DNA of 64,000 nucleotides from a virus. The stretch's first letter is position 1; each line of letters starts with the position of its first letter. The DNA is taken from IMG/VR virus record IMGVR_UViG_3300027667_000003, positions 7,606 through 71,605 of that record, one strand, 5' to 3'. This document shows positions 35,619 through 45,050 of the stretch, piece by piece. The position numbers and the translations under genes were made by a program. The notes under the pieces were generated by a model, which was given only the letters and a program-made list of their open reading frames with translations, ran no database searches and was not told where the DNA came from.

Positions 35619-36546
35619 TTTATACAAGAAACGGGTATGTGTTACTGGTGGAGCCGGATTTTTCGGCCGTCGCATTGTTGAAGAATTATTTAAGGGAGGA
35701 TGTAAGCATGTATTTGTACCCCGCTCCTCTTTTTACGATCTTAGAACAGAGAAGGATATTAGGAGTATGCTGTGCTATCATCCCTCGGATATTATAATCC
35801 ATGCGGCGGCCCAAGCCGGTGGAATAGGACTCAATCAGAATAAACCCGCAGAGTTGTTTTATAACAACGCCGTTATGGGGGCTCTGTTGATGAATCAAGC
35901 CTACAAATGGGGGGTGGAAAAATTTATTCAAATCGGGACCGTTTGCGAATATCCCAAATTAACAGAAACTCCTTTTCGGGAAGAGGATTTGTGGAAAGGA
36001 TATCCCGAAGAAACGAACGCACCTTACGGTGTAGCTAAGAAGTCGTTGTTAGTGATGGGTCAGGCTTACCGCCAACAATATGGCTTCAATGTGATTCATC
36101 TTTTGCCTGTAAACCTGTATGGACCGGGTGATAATTTCAAGATTGAAAGCTCTCATGTCATACCCGCTTTAATCCGAAAGTTCGTGGAAGCAAAGAAAAC
36201 AGATGAGTCAACCGTGAAATTGTGGGGTACAGGCAACGCCAGTCGAGAATTTCTTTACGTTGAAGATGCAGCTAAAGCCGTTGTGAAAGCAACTCAACTG
36301 TATGATAAAGCGGATCCTATAAACATCGGATCGGGCAAGGAGATCAAAATATCTTCTCTTGCTTTAATGATCGGGAGTATGGTAGGATATGAGGGTGAGA
36401 TAACATTTGATCCATCGAAACCCGATGGGCAGCCTCGTCGCCTTTTAGATACTCGGAAAGCGCTGGAAGAATTTGGTTTTGTGGCTACAACAGATTTAAA
36501 AGACGGCCTTCGAAAGACGATCGATTGGTACACGAAAGGAGGGTAG
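35611..36546 (+). CDS. fcl: GDP-L-fucose synthase (epimerase/reductase)
   Basis: [65 protein letters not shown]. Confidence 0.93.
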   Translation: MIDLYKKRVCVTGGAGFFGRRIVEELFKGGCKHVFVPRSSFYDLRTEKDIRSMLCYHPSDIIIHAAAQAGGIGLNQNKPAELFYNNAVMGALLMNQAYKWGVEKFIQIGTVCEYPKLTETPFREEDLWKGYPEETNAPYGVAKKSLLVMGQAYRQQYGFNVIHLLPVNLYGPGDNFKIESSHVIPALIRKFVEAKKTDESTVKLWGTGNASREFLYVEDAAKAVVKATQLYDKADPINIGSGKEIKISSLALMIGSMVGYEGEITFDPSKPDGQPRRLLDTRKALEEFGFVATTDLKDGLRKTIDWYTKGG

Positions 36547-36548
36547 TG

Positions 36549-36713
36549 ATGGACATTCATATCTACAAAAAAGGTAAGTATATTCGAACCGATCGGAACG
36601 TCGAATCAGGGGTCATTGATATAGACTCCTTAAAAGGTAGTATATCAGATTACACAATTGAACAAGATGTTGTGTTGCCGCCCACACGATGGCCGGAAGG
36701 TGCTGAACTGTGA
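36549..36713 (+). CDS. small hypothetical protein
   Basis: GGAGG RBS; GTGA overlap with the next gene. Confidence 0.55.
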   Translation: MDIHIYKKGKYIRTDRNVESGVIDIDSLKGSISDYTIEQDVVLPPTRWPEGAEL

Positions 36714-37042
36714 AAAACTATGTCAGTTTGAAACAATTGAAAATCTTTTATGACGAACTCAATGAGAGATTTTTTAATAACGATCTCCCAAAGAGAGCCA
36801 CTGTAAAATTCTCTGATATGGAAGAGGACGGCCTCTGTACATGCTCCGAGAAGCTGATTGAAATTCACAAAGATCTTCAACGACACCCCGATTTGATGAT
36901 TGTTGTCTTGTTACACGAAATGGGCCACTTAAAATTAAGTGACGATTATGTAGGTATGCCCACTACTGCGAGTCACGGAATGCGGTTTCAAGCCGAGCTT
37001 GTGAGATTGTTCAAAGCCGGCGCTTACGATAACGTTTTATGA
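36710..37042 (+). CDS. SprT-like zinc metallopeptidase
   Basis: LNERFFNNDLP, LLHEMGH, HGMRF. Confidence 0.8.
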   Translation: MKNYVSLKQLKIFYDELNERFFNNDLPKRATVKFSDMEEDGLCTCSEKLIEIHKDLQRHPDLMIVVLLHEMGHLKLSDDYVGMPTTASHGMRFQAELVRLFKAGAYDNVL

Positions 37043-37161
37043 AGAAAAGAATCGTCATTAAGACATCATTTTTCCCTACGGCAGAAGAAATTGGGCGTAT
37101 TTTAGGTGTTTCAAAACGTAGAATTAAACAGTTGAAAAAATTGGTTATGGGTGATAAATGA
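37039..37161 (+). CDS. 40-aa helix-turn-helix-like peptide
   Basis: Manual translation ...TAEEIGRILGVSKRRIKQL...; ATGA overlaps on both sides. Confidence 0.55.
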   Translation: MKKRIVIKTSFFPTAEEIGRILGVSKRRIKQLKKLVMGDK

Positions 37162-37721
37162 GAACACTTGTGATCGCGGATACACATTTCAATCACGAGG
37201 AGATCAAGACGTACTGCGATCGGCCCGACAATTTCACTGACCTTCTAATCAAGAATTGGAATGAACGTGTCGAGGACGGCGATTTGGTGATTCACGCCGG
37301 TGACGTCGGTATAGGATCGAAGAAGCACATTCGAGATATTCTGCACAGCCTCAAGGGCCGTAAGACACTAATCCGCGGTAATCACGATCGGGATAAGTCT
37401 TGCCTGTGGTGGATGCAAAACGGCTTTGACCTGGCTGTAGATGCACTGATGTTTCGAAATTGGTGGATCACGCATGAGCCGGCCAAACATCTGCCCTGGG
37501 AGTTAGGGCCGCACTGTCAAGGTAACATCCACGGCCATCTACACAACATCTTTCATGGGTTTCATGTCAAGGAAGGGGCGCAAACCCCTACAAAACTTCA
37601 CAACCCTTGGCAACGGCTATTTGCGGTCGAATATACAAATTACTGTCCGATCGAATTCATGGAGTTCGTGGATCACCCGGACAAATACAACGCGAGAGGT
37701 ATAGAACATGGCAAGTTTTGA
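37158..37721 (+). CDS. calcineurin-like phosphoesterase
   Basis: ADTHFNH, HAGDV, RGNHD, THEP, HGHLH. Confidence 0.88.
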   Translation: MRTLVIADTHFNHEEIKTYCDRPDNFTDLLIKNWNERVEDGDLVIHAGDVGIGSKKHIRDILHSLKGRKTLIRGNHDRDKSCLWWMQNGFDLAVDALMFRNWWITHEPAKHLPWELGPHCQGNIHGHLHNIFHGFHVKEGAQTPTKLHNPWQRLFAVEYTNYCPIEFMEFVDHPDKYNARGIEHGKF

Positions 37722-38241
37722 TATCGCAGTTGCAATCACACTGGACCCCCAACACGAAGGCGGCTTCCAGAAGAATCCTAACGATAAAGGCAACTGGACC
37801 AGCGGCCAGGTCGGCGTAGGAGAATTGAAGGGCACTAATTTCGGTATCTCCGCGGCGCAGTTTCCAACTGTAGATATAGAAAATCTTACAGTCGCTCAAG
37901 CCAAACAGATTTACTTCACCGCATCACAACGGTACTGGAACCCTTTATATGCACAGATCAAAGATCAGTTCATCACGAACAAGCTCTTTGATTTAGGGGT
38001 GCCATTCGGACCGGGCACCGCGGTCAAGATACTTCAAGGCGTTCTTCAACCGCAGTTTCCATCCGTAACACCTGACGCGGCTTTTGGACCTGCAACACTA
38101 GCGGCCGTAAATGAGTCCGATCCTCACTCTCTTTTGATTGCCTATAAGACGGCTTTTGTGGCGCATGCGATAGCAGTGGGTGCGGCTAATCCTCTGGAGC
38201 GGGCATTCGTAGGAGATTGGATAAGGAGAATAAATTCCTAA
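37708..38241 (+). CDS. glycoside hydrolase family 108 endolysin with peptidoglycan-binding region
   Basis: HEGGFQKNPNDKGNWT, TNFGISA, DAAFGPATLAAVN, WIRRI. Confidence 0.9.
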   Translation: MASFDIAVAITLDPQHEGGFQKNPNDKGNWTSGQVGVGELKGTNFGISAAQFPTVDIENLTVAQAKQIYFTASQRYWNPLYAQIKDQFITNKLFDLGVPFGPGTAVKILQGVLQPQFPSVTPDAAFGPATLAAVNESDPHSLLIAYKTAFVAHAIAVGAANPLERAFVGDWIRRINS

Positions 38242-38699
38242 TGGCTTACTTCAACGCACCCCACCGAAGTTTCATCTCGGGTAAAAAGAAATATGTTGAT
38301 TTGCTTAAAGTGACAAGAAATTTCCTCATCTTGTTTGGAAAAGATTTATGGGAAAGAGTTTACGATTTTTTCAATAAACCCCAGCCTTATGTATCTCAAT
38401 ACAGTTTGAGGACAGAGGCCGAGCATGCCTTAATTCGGGCTCGTCTAAAGAGAGATCCCAGAAATTGTACACATGAAAAAGGTGGTCCGCAATTGTGGCG
38501 TCGTCCCTGGAAAGATTACAACGTCTCTCAGCATACTTTCACAAATAATGTGACTAGAGTTCGCTGCAACTCCTGCGGAAAAAGGTGGTATGCGGGTAGA
38601 CCTGGATGGGATGAAGCGCTTAGTATGGTTGACCAATCAACAAACCATCCATCGGCTTCGGAACGAAGAATAAAGGTGTATAATGGGCGAAGCACATAG
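38241..38699 (+). CDS. hypothetical protein with Cys/His motifs
   Basis: TAATG overlap; CTH and CNSC. Confidence 0.65.
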   Translation: MAYFNAPHRSFISGKKKYVDLLKVTRNFLILFGKDLWERVYDFFNKPQPYVSQYSLRTEAEHALIRARLKRDPRNCTHEKGGPQLWRRPWKDYNVSQHTFTNNVTRVRCNSCGKRWYAGRPGWDEALSMVDQSTNHPSASERRIKVYNGRST

Positions 38700-38832
38700 A
38701 GCTTGGCTGAAGAAAAGATTAGCACTTTATGAGAAGCAACGGGCGTTGGATAAAGAGCGCCAAGAAAGACAAGCGGCCATAAACAAAGAACATGAAGAGT
38801 TGATTAAGACGGAGCCGCCCAAGGAGTCTTAA
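38683..38832 (+). CDS. small charged coiled-coil peptide (49 aa)
   Basis: Manual translation MGEAHRAWLKKRLALYEKQRALDKERQ...; TAATG overlap with the next gene. Confidence 0.55.
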   Translation: MGEAHRAWLKKRLALYEKQRALDKERQERQAAINKEHEELIKTEPPKES

Positions 38833-39023
38833 TGCCCCGAGAGGAGATAGCCCTGTGGATCATCGTCCTTCAAGGATTTGCTATTATGTATTTCGAATGG
38901 GGTGTTTGGTGGATGAAGTATTTGGATTGGAAAGATAAAAAGAAATGGCGTGAGGATAAGAGAAAGGCCGTGATCAAAAAATTGGAAAGTCAATCTAAGT
39001 CGGAGGAGCAAAATGGCGGATAA
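38832..39023 (+). CDS. single-TM protein with basic tail (holin-like topology, unproven)
   Basis: IALWIIVLQGFAIMYFEWGVWW then a Lys/Arg-rich tail; about 0.6 kb after the endolysin. Confidence 0.55.
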   Translation: MPREEIALWIIVLQGFAIMYFEWGVWWMKYLDWKDKKKWREDKRKAVIKKLESQSKSEEQNGG

Positions 39024-39225
39024 TAATTCAGTAATGTTTTCAATAGGACACCTAGAAGGTTGGATCGGACAAGCCGGCCAAATGGGTGCGAACAATGCTG
39101 AAACTGCGTTGGCGCATCTCAAGATTGTTGAAGAGGCCTACAAAGAACAGATCATAACTCTTCGGACATTCCGCAAAGTTGCTCAAGAAATCAAGGGGAG
39201 GGCGGATGCTGCCGCGAATCTTTAA
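39013..39225 (+). CDS. hypothetical protein
   Basis: GGAGG RBS; overlaps neighbours. Confidence 0.65.
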   Translation: MADNNSVMFSIGHLEGWIGQAGQMGANNAETALAHLKIVEEAYKEQIITLRTFRKVAQEIKGRADAAANL

Positions 39226-40444
39226 AGAGACAATAGACCTAATCGTTCACAACCCCAACCAATTTTTGGGTGGCGGCCTCATGTTAGGAATGATTGGGGG
39301 TGTCGTTGCCTATTTTAAAGATATTCCCCGCAAGATCTATGAATGGGTGCTACATTTATTTTCAATGACATTAACTATGACGGATGATTCCGAAGCTCTC
39401 GTATGGTTCAAGTGGTGGTTTGACCAACATGAGAGATCCAAGAAAATTCGCCATGTGGATGTCTTTACGCCCTATTTGTATGATACGTATAAAACTATTT
39501 TGAGTCCTGCGCCGGGTGCTCATTGGTTTATATACATGGGCCGTCCTTTCCGACTAGAATTTACCCGTGAAAAAGAAAAACCGAAATATGCAGAAGCTCG
39601 CCCTGAAACTATCACTCTTCGTGTAATAGGCAGAGATCAGCCTTTCTTAAAAAAGTTCGTTGAAAATATCCAACAGAAATATGATGAGACACACAAATCA
39701 CGAAATTATTTTCATTATTGGGCAAATTCAGGGTGGAACTCTTCAGGAGATTTTTCACCTCGTTCTTGGGAATCAGTTATTCTACCCTCCCAAATGAAAA
39801 AAGATATCGTTGAAGACATACAAGATTTCAAAAATAATCGAGAGTGGTACGATTCGGTGGGCATGCCTTATCATAGATCTTATCTATTGTATGGGCCGCC
39901 CGGAACGGGGAAAACATCTTCTCTATTAGGATTATCCTCTCATTTTAAAATGGATTTATATCTCCTCAAAATAAGTAGTATGACGGATGACTTATTGGTA
40001 GCTGCTTTGAGAGAAATTCACAGCAATTCTATGGTAGTATTAGAAGATGTAGATTGCCTCAATAATAAACGAGAGGGTGTGTTAAAGGAAAAGAAAAAAG
40101 GCGACAATAAAAAAGAAGGCAATGCTTCACTCTTTGGTCTAACATTGTCAGGTCTGTTGAATGCATTAGACGGTATCGAGACACCCACGGGAAGTATGTT
40201 CTTTTTAACAACCAATCTAATTGATAAATTAGACCCGGCTCTTTTACGGCCTGGTCGCGTAGACAAGAAATACTTTTTGGGGCCGGCTACCGACGAGCAA
40301 AAACTCGAAATGTTCCATCGGTTCTTTCCTCGTGAGAGCGAGAAATATGAGAATGACCCCGAAATTTTTGTAATGAATCATCCCGAACTGAAAACAATGG
40401 CTGAGTTCCAAGAGGCGCTTAAGCAGAAAAGGAGTGAAGCGTGA
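39206..40444 (+). CDS. BCS1-like AAA+ ATPase with N-terminal TM segment
   Basis: NQFLGGGLMLGMIG, RSWESVIL, GMPYHRSYLLYGPPGTGKTS, LEDVD, LTLSGLLNALDG, TTN...LDPALLRPGRVD. Confidence 0.88.
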   Translation: MLPRIFKETIDLIVHNPNQFLGGGLMLGMIGGVVAYFKDIPRKIYEWVLHLFSMTLTMTDDSEALVWFKWWFDQHERSKKIRHVDVFTPYLYDTYKTILSPAPGAHWFIYMGRPFRLEFTREKEKPKYAEARPETITLRVIGRDQPFLKKFVENIQQKYDETHKSRNYFHYWANSGWNSSGDFSPRSWESVILPSQMKKDIVEDIQDFKNNREWYDSVGMPYHRSYLLYGPPGTGKTSSLLGLSSHFKMDLYLLKISSMTDDLLVAALREIHSNSMVVLEDVDCLNNKREGVLKEKKKGDNKKEGNASLFGLTLSGLLNALDGIETPTGSMFFLTTNLIDKLDPALLRPGRVDKKYFLGPATDEQKLEMFHRFFPRESEKYENDPEIFVMNHPELKTMAEFQEALKQKRSEA

Positions 40445-40719
40445 TGGCTTATCCCAAGAAAGACAATTTGAAATGGTTTGTACATCGAGCTAACCCCAGT
40501 ATAGAAGTTACATATGAAATTAATTCCGGTTGTTACCTGCTCTCTTCCTTTTCAGTTATGATAAGTGAGGCGATTGAAGACTGGTTAATTGTTTTAGATG
40601 TTGATGAAGAGTTCCAGAATACCATGCAAAAATCTTTGGAAATTTCCCGTGAGTTTATAGAAAGACACTCATCTGAAAAGACTTTCCAAGATAAAATTTG
40701 GGATTCGGTCGCTGAATGA
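40441..40719 (+). CDS. hypothetical protein
   Basis: Overlapping start/stop codons with both neighbours. Confidence 0.6.
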   Translation: MMAYPKKDNLKWFVHRANPSIEVTYEINSGCYLLSSFSVMISEAIEDWLIVLDVDEEFQNTMQKSLEISREFIERHSSEKTFQDKIWDSVAE

Positions 40720-42134
40720 TTAGAAGGCACAAGGACGAATCCCGCGCCCAGAGTTCGCACATCTCCGTCCCGGTGCCACAGGGTTTAACTTACCTGCCTT
40801 TTCAATTGGCCGGCATAGAGTATGCTTCCAAACGCGATCGAACGTTGATCGCCGATGAAATGGGATTGGGCAAAACCATCCAAGCCATCGGCCTTGTAAA
40901 CGTAATACAGCCTCAACGAATCCTCGTAATATGCCCCGCCTCTTTAAAGATCAATTGGACTCTCGAATTTGAGAAGTGGGGCGTGCAGGATCTGCGCTCG
41001 ACTTATATTCGGGGTCGCAAAGATGGCTTAGTGGGCGATGTTTGTGTCATAAACTATGAGCTTTTGAGTGCCTACGGGGATCAACTTAGGGCTACTCCTT
41101 GGGATCTGTTGATCATAGATGAGGCCCATTACCTGAAGAGCGCCAAAGCCGATCGTACGGCCCAGGTATTCGGCCGTAGACGCGCTAAAGGCGCGAAACC
41201 GAAGATTAGTCCTATCCCTTGGGCCAGATTGCTCATATTGACCGGCACGCCCATCCTGAACAAACCTAAGGAGCTATGGCCGCTCCTCCAGGTGCTGGAT
41301 CCCGAGGGCTTGGGCTCCGACTGGTTCTACTTCGCTAAACGGTACTGTAAACTGTTCGAAATCGAGCAATTTGACGCCTCTAAAGGGCGAAAGGTTCATG
41401 TGGGTTGGAAATGGGACGGAGCCGATAACTTAGACGAGCTACAAGCCATTATGCGGGAACGCTTTATGCTTCGTAGGCTGAAGAAAGACGTGCTGAGGGA
41501 ACTGCCGCCTAAGACGCGCCAAGTCATAGTGCTGGACGCGAAAAAGGGCTTGACAAAGCTTTTGGAACGTGAGAGGATGGATTATGACTCCTACGTGAAA
41601 GTACACGGAGCCGTTGTCCTTGAATCTCCGGCTTTCATTGAGATCGCCAAGATCCGAAAAGAAGTAGCATTAGCAAAAGTTCCATATGTGATAGAATATT
41701 TGAAAGAGGTGATGGATGAGAATTCAAAAATTGTCGTTTTCACGTACCACCACGAAGTCTTCGATTCTATCGCGGCTGCTTTTGGATCTATTGCAACAGG
41801 GTTTGACGGACGAACAAGTATTGCAAAGCGTCAAAACTCGATTGAACTTTTTCAGTCTGATGCGCCCACAAGGTTATTCATCGGCGGAATACAAGCCGCT
41901 GGCGTTGGCATCACTCTTACAGCCGCCTCAATTGCCGTTTTTGCTGAACTTGACTGGGTGCCCGCAAACGTCACGCAAGCTGAGGATCGACTTCATCGAA
42001 TCGGGCAAAAAGAAAACGTATTGGTTAGACACATCGTCCTTAACAACAGTCTCGACCAAAGAATCGCGCAAGCCATTATCCAAAAACAAGAAATCGCGGA
42101 CAAGGCTCTAGATAATGAAAAAAGCAATCCGTAG
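40716..42134 (+). CDS. SNF2-family (SMARCAL1/HARP-like) helicase
   Basis: IADEMGLGKT, IIDEAH, LTGTP, RRLK, GVGITL, QAEDRLHRIGQ. Confidence 0.93.
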   Translation: MIRRHKDESRAQSSHISVPVPQGLTYLPFQLAGIEYASKRDRTLIADEMGLGKTIQAIGLVNVIQPQRILVICPASLKINWTLEFEKWGVQDLRSTYIRGRKDGLVGDVCVINYELLSAYGDQLRATPWDLLIIDEAHYLKSAKADRTAQVFGRRRAKGAKPKISPIPWARLLILTGTPILNKPKELWPLLQVLDPEGLGSDWFYFAKRYCKLFEIEQFDASKGRKVHVGWKWDGADNLDELQAIMRERFMLRRLKKDVLRELPPKTRQVIVLDAKKGLTKLLERERMDYDSYVKVHGAVVLESPAFIEIAKIRKEVALAKVPYVIEYLKEVMDENSKIVVFTYHHEVFDSIAAAFGSIATGFDGRTSIAKRQNSIELFQSDAPTRLFIGGIQAAGVGITLTAASIAVFAELDWVPANVTQAEDRLHRIGQKENVLVRHIVLNNSLDQRIAQAIIQKQEIADKALDNEKSNP

Positions 42135-42306
42135 GTTACGGCTTCGGAAAGGTGACATACTAGTAGTGAACGATCCTTATTTACCTGACAGGATCATGCA
42201 AATTCAAGCGGGATTGGATTTTCCCGTTCCGATAGTATTTGCACCCGACGGCATTAGACGATTTAATAGAGAGTATCTACTCAAACTTTTGGAGGAAAAC
42301 AAATGA
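42115..42306 (+). CDS. small hypothetical protein
   Basis: Part of an overlapping gene string. Confidence 0.55.
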   Translation: MKKAIRRLRLRKGDILVVNDPYLPDRIMQIQAGLDFPVPIVFAPDGIRRFNREYLLKLLEENK

Positions 42307-42635
42307 AGACAAAAAAGAAGTCGTTTAAAACCATTCTTGAATATAGCGGAAGAATCGTTCGATTGACGAAGACTCAAATGCTGTTTTCCTACTTGGATCC
42401 AACCGATTTTTCAGGTGGTCCTCGTTACAAAGTTCAACGATCTGATATTCGGAGGGCTCTTAAGCTTTTGAAGGAAAACAAAAAGGATGTACATATAACT
42501 TATAGAGATGGAATGGATGATTTTAAGATGGCTCGAACTGCGAATGTTCTAAACAGTCGCTTTATTGAAATCGGTTGTCAATCTTTCGATGAAAAGAATT
42601 CCCGACTTCTTCGTGAGTGGGCCGGCGTTAAGTGA
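42303..42635 (+). CDS. hypothetical protein
   Basis: GGAGG RBS; ATGA overlap. Confidence 0.65.
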   Translation: MKTKKKSFKTILEYSGRIVRLTKTQMLFSYLDPTDFSGGPRYKVQRSDIRRALKLLKENKKDVHITYRDGMDDFKMARTANVLNSRFIEIGCQSFDEKNSRLLREWAGVK

Positions 42636-42742
42636 GTGGAAGGAAGATTGAGGAGCTACAAGACTTTGTGAACAAATTACTAGAGCGGATGATCAAAATT
42701 GAACGTCGCGTAACCGCTTTAGAGAAAGGAGAAAAGAAGTGA
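42632..42742 (+). CDS. 36-aa coiled-coil peptide
   Basis: Manual translation MSGRKIEELQDFVNKLLERMIKIERRVTALEKGEKK; GTGA overlaps on both sides. Confidence 0.55.
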   Translation: MSGRKIEELQDFVNKLLERMIKIERRVTALEKGEKK

Positions 42743-42981
42743 GCGAATATCTAAATATCATCGAACAACCCACAGAGCGGAAGACGAAGGTTTTTTACGT
42801 GTACTCAAAGACTGAGAGCGGCGGCCGGCCCCTCTGTGAAATCTCATTTTATCCCCAATGGCGAAAGTACGTCATGAAAGTGGGCGGCATAGTTTTTGAT
42901 GTGTCCTGTTTGGAAGATATCATATCTCATTTGAAAATTGAAACCGGAATTTGGAAAAACAGCTTAGGAGGAAAACAATGA
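42739..42981 (+). CDS. hypothetical protein
   Basis: AAGGAG RBS; overlapping gene string. Confidence 0.65.
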   Translation: MSEYLNIIEQPTERKTKVFYVYSKTESGGRPLCEISFYPQWRKYVMKVGGIVFDVSCLEDIISHLKIETGIWKNSLGGKQ

Positions 42982-43211
42982 ACTTCCCTAATATAAAAGT
43001 TACTCCACCCCCGACCCGAGAATATCCGGATTACGAAGTCAAAGGGCGAGGCGAAGAACGATTGACGGTGGGGAAATTAAAATATATTGTCGGCAATAAC
43101 GGCCATATATCCGGTTATTTTTTCATATCAGAAGGTTATCAGCCTATTTCAGAAGGCACCTTCCTTCAGATTTATCAACAATTGTACGATCTCAACAGAA
43201 GGATATCCTAA
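42978..43211 (+). CDS. hypothetical protein
   Basis: AGGAGG RBS before ATG 42978. Confidence 0.6.
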   Translation: MNFPNIKVTPPPTREYPDYEVKGRGEERLTVGKLKYIVGNNGHISGYFFISEGYQPISEGTFLQIYQQLYDLNRRIS

Positions 43212-43969
43212 TGCGAACCACACTCTCACAAAACACTCAACAAGGTCGCCGGCCGTATCAGGAAGATAGGCTTGTTTATAAGATCTCCGAAGACGGTGTA
43301 TTGGCGGCGATCTTTGACGGACACGGAGGAGACTACACATCCAACTTTTGCGCAGAGATGTTATTCGCGGCCTTCGATACTGTGGGAGCAGATGCTGAAT
43401 TACCCACTGTCATTGATAAGATGCGTCGTCTATTCGGCATTCTGAATTTCGCAACTGAACATATGGAAGAGGGAACAACCGCTTCGATCGTCTACATTAC
43501 ACCTCAACTGGATAAGGCCGTGGTGGGTATATTAGGCGACAGTCCGGTGATCATCAAAAACAAGGGGGCCGAATACTGGCATGCGCCCGAGCACAACGTG
43601 CGATCCAATCCCAATGAAGTTAAGAGAATCACTAAAGTGGGCGGATATGTACACGGAGGTTATGCTTTCTCCGGAAGAGGTAGTTTGGACGCCGGAGGAC
43701 TTCAATTAACCCGAACCTTGGGTGACAAAGCATTTTCCGACATCTTGTCTCGTGATCCGGAAATCTTTGAACACGAATTAGGAGTAGGAAGTTTCGTGAT
43801 GGTGGGAAGCGACGGTCTTTTTGATCCCTCGCATCAATCATCTAGTCCGGCCCGCGAAATTGTTGAGTTGGTGGAACGAGGGCGGGAAGCCGGCGATTTG
43901 GTGAAGCATGCGATTGATAAACCAACCCATGATAACGCATCGGCTATCTTAGTGAGGATACTCGCGTGA
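43211..43969 (+). CDS. PP2C/PPM-family Ser/Thr protein phosphatase
   Basis: RPYQEDR, IFDGHGG, LGDS, TRTLGD, GSDGLFD, HDNAS. Confidence 0.92.
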   Translation: MRTTLSQNTQQGRRPYQEDRLVYKISEDGVLAAIFDGHGGDYTSNFCAEMLFAAFDTVGADAELPTVIDKMRRLFGILNFATEHMEEGTTASIVYITPQLDKAVVGILGDSPVIIKNKGAEYWHAPEHNVRSNPNEVKRITKVGGYVHGGYAFSGRGSLDAGGLQLTRTLGDKAFSDILSRDPEIFEHELGVGSFVMVGSDGLFDPSHQSSSPAREIVELVERGREAGDLVKHAIDKPTHDNASAILVRILA

Positions 43970-44730
43970 GCGATGTGCAAATATTCGAAGAGTTCGGCTT
44001 TCCTTGGCCCAATAACTTAATCATGTCCTATGTGGGTGGATCCACTGCGCATGGGGCTAAGCTCGTCGAAAAGGCCGACACCGATTATTACGGAGTCTTC
44101 ATCGAGCCCGCTTATAAAATACTGGGCATCGACGCCTTTGAGCATTTCGTGCATACGACGGGTACGGGACATAACACCGTTCATGATGTAGATATCTGTC
44201 TTTATAGTCTGCGCAAGTGGGCCGGGCTAGCCGCTAAAGGCAACCCCTCATCCCTCCACTTTCTATTTGCTCCTCGATCCTTTACACATCCTCTTTGGGA
44301 CTACATTCAATACCACCGAGATAGTTTTTTGTCCAGAAATCACATTCGTCCTTTCATGGGATTTGCCGACGATCAAATGAAACGACTGTTCGGAGAGAAG
44401 GGTCAAAAGAATTGCAATCGAGCCCAGGACGAATTGGAATTCGGCTACGACACGAAGTATGCCATGCATGTCATCCGCCTCTACAGCGAAGCTAAAGAAT
44501 TGATGGAGACTGGAATTATCACACTGCCCCGCCCGGACAAAGATTTACTCATTGACATTCGAAGGGGTAAGTACAAGCTCTTTGAAATTAGGGAAATGGG
44601 CACACAGTTGGAAAGAGAAGCCATGCAGGCCGCGGATAAGTCACCCTTACCACCCGCAATCAACAGAGAGAAAGTTTCTAAAATGGTGGCCGAGGTATAC
44701 CAAGCGTTCTGGGGAGGATACGATCTATGA
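43966..44730 (+). CDS. RlaP-like Pol-beta superfamily nucleotidyltransferase
   Basis: GGSTAHG...ADTDYYGVF, LAAKGNP, GYDTKYAMHVIRL, LIDIRRG. Confidence 0.85.
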   Translation: MSDVQIFEEFGFPWPNNLIMSYVGGSTAHGAKLVEKADTDYYGVFIEPAYKILGIDAFEHFVHTTGTGHNTVHDVDICLYSLRKWAGLAAKGNPSSLHFLFAPRSFTHPLWDYIQYHRDSFLSRNHIRPFMGFADDQMKRLFGEKGQKNCNRAQDELEFGYDTKYAMHVIRLYSEAKELMETGIITLPRPDKDLLIDIRRGKYKLFEIREMGTQLEREAMQAADKSPLPPAINREKVSKMVAEVYQAFWGGYDL

Positions 44731-45050
44731 AATGGAAAACTAGTGATACAACACCGCCAAAATTAGGCGACACTTATCGAAGGGATATCTTCTCTCTCCT
44801 ACCCCGCGATTGTTCTGACGGCTACACGCGCTGGCTAGAGCGCGTGACTATAGCCATGAAATTTGTCGAACAAGAAATCTCAGATGGCGAACTTATGGGT
44901 ATACCCACGACTCACACCATTCAATGTTATGTGGAAATTTCGGCTCACCCCTTAGCCGGCTCTCTCGATCATACGATAGAACTCGCACGAAAGAGATCCC
45001 GAGAGAGATTTGAAAAATTACAAGCGGAACGAGAGCGTATCAAGCCATGA
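44727..45050 (+). CDS. hypothetical protein
   Basis: ATGA overlaps. Confidence 0.6.
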   Translation: MKWKTSDTTPPKLGDTYRRDIFSLLPRDCSDGYTRWLERVTIAMKFVEQEISDGELMGIPTTHTIQCYVEISAHPLAGSLDHTIELARKRSRERFEKLQAERERIKP

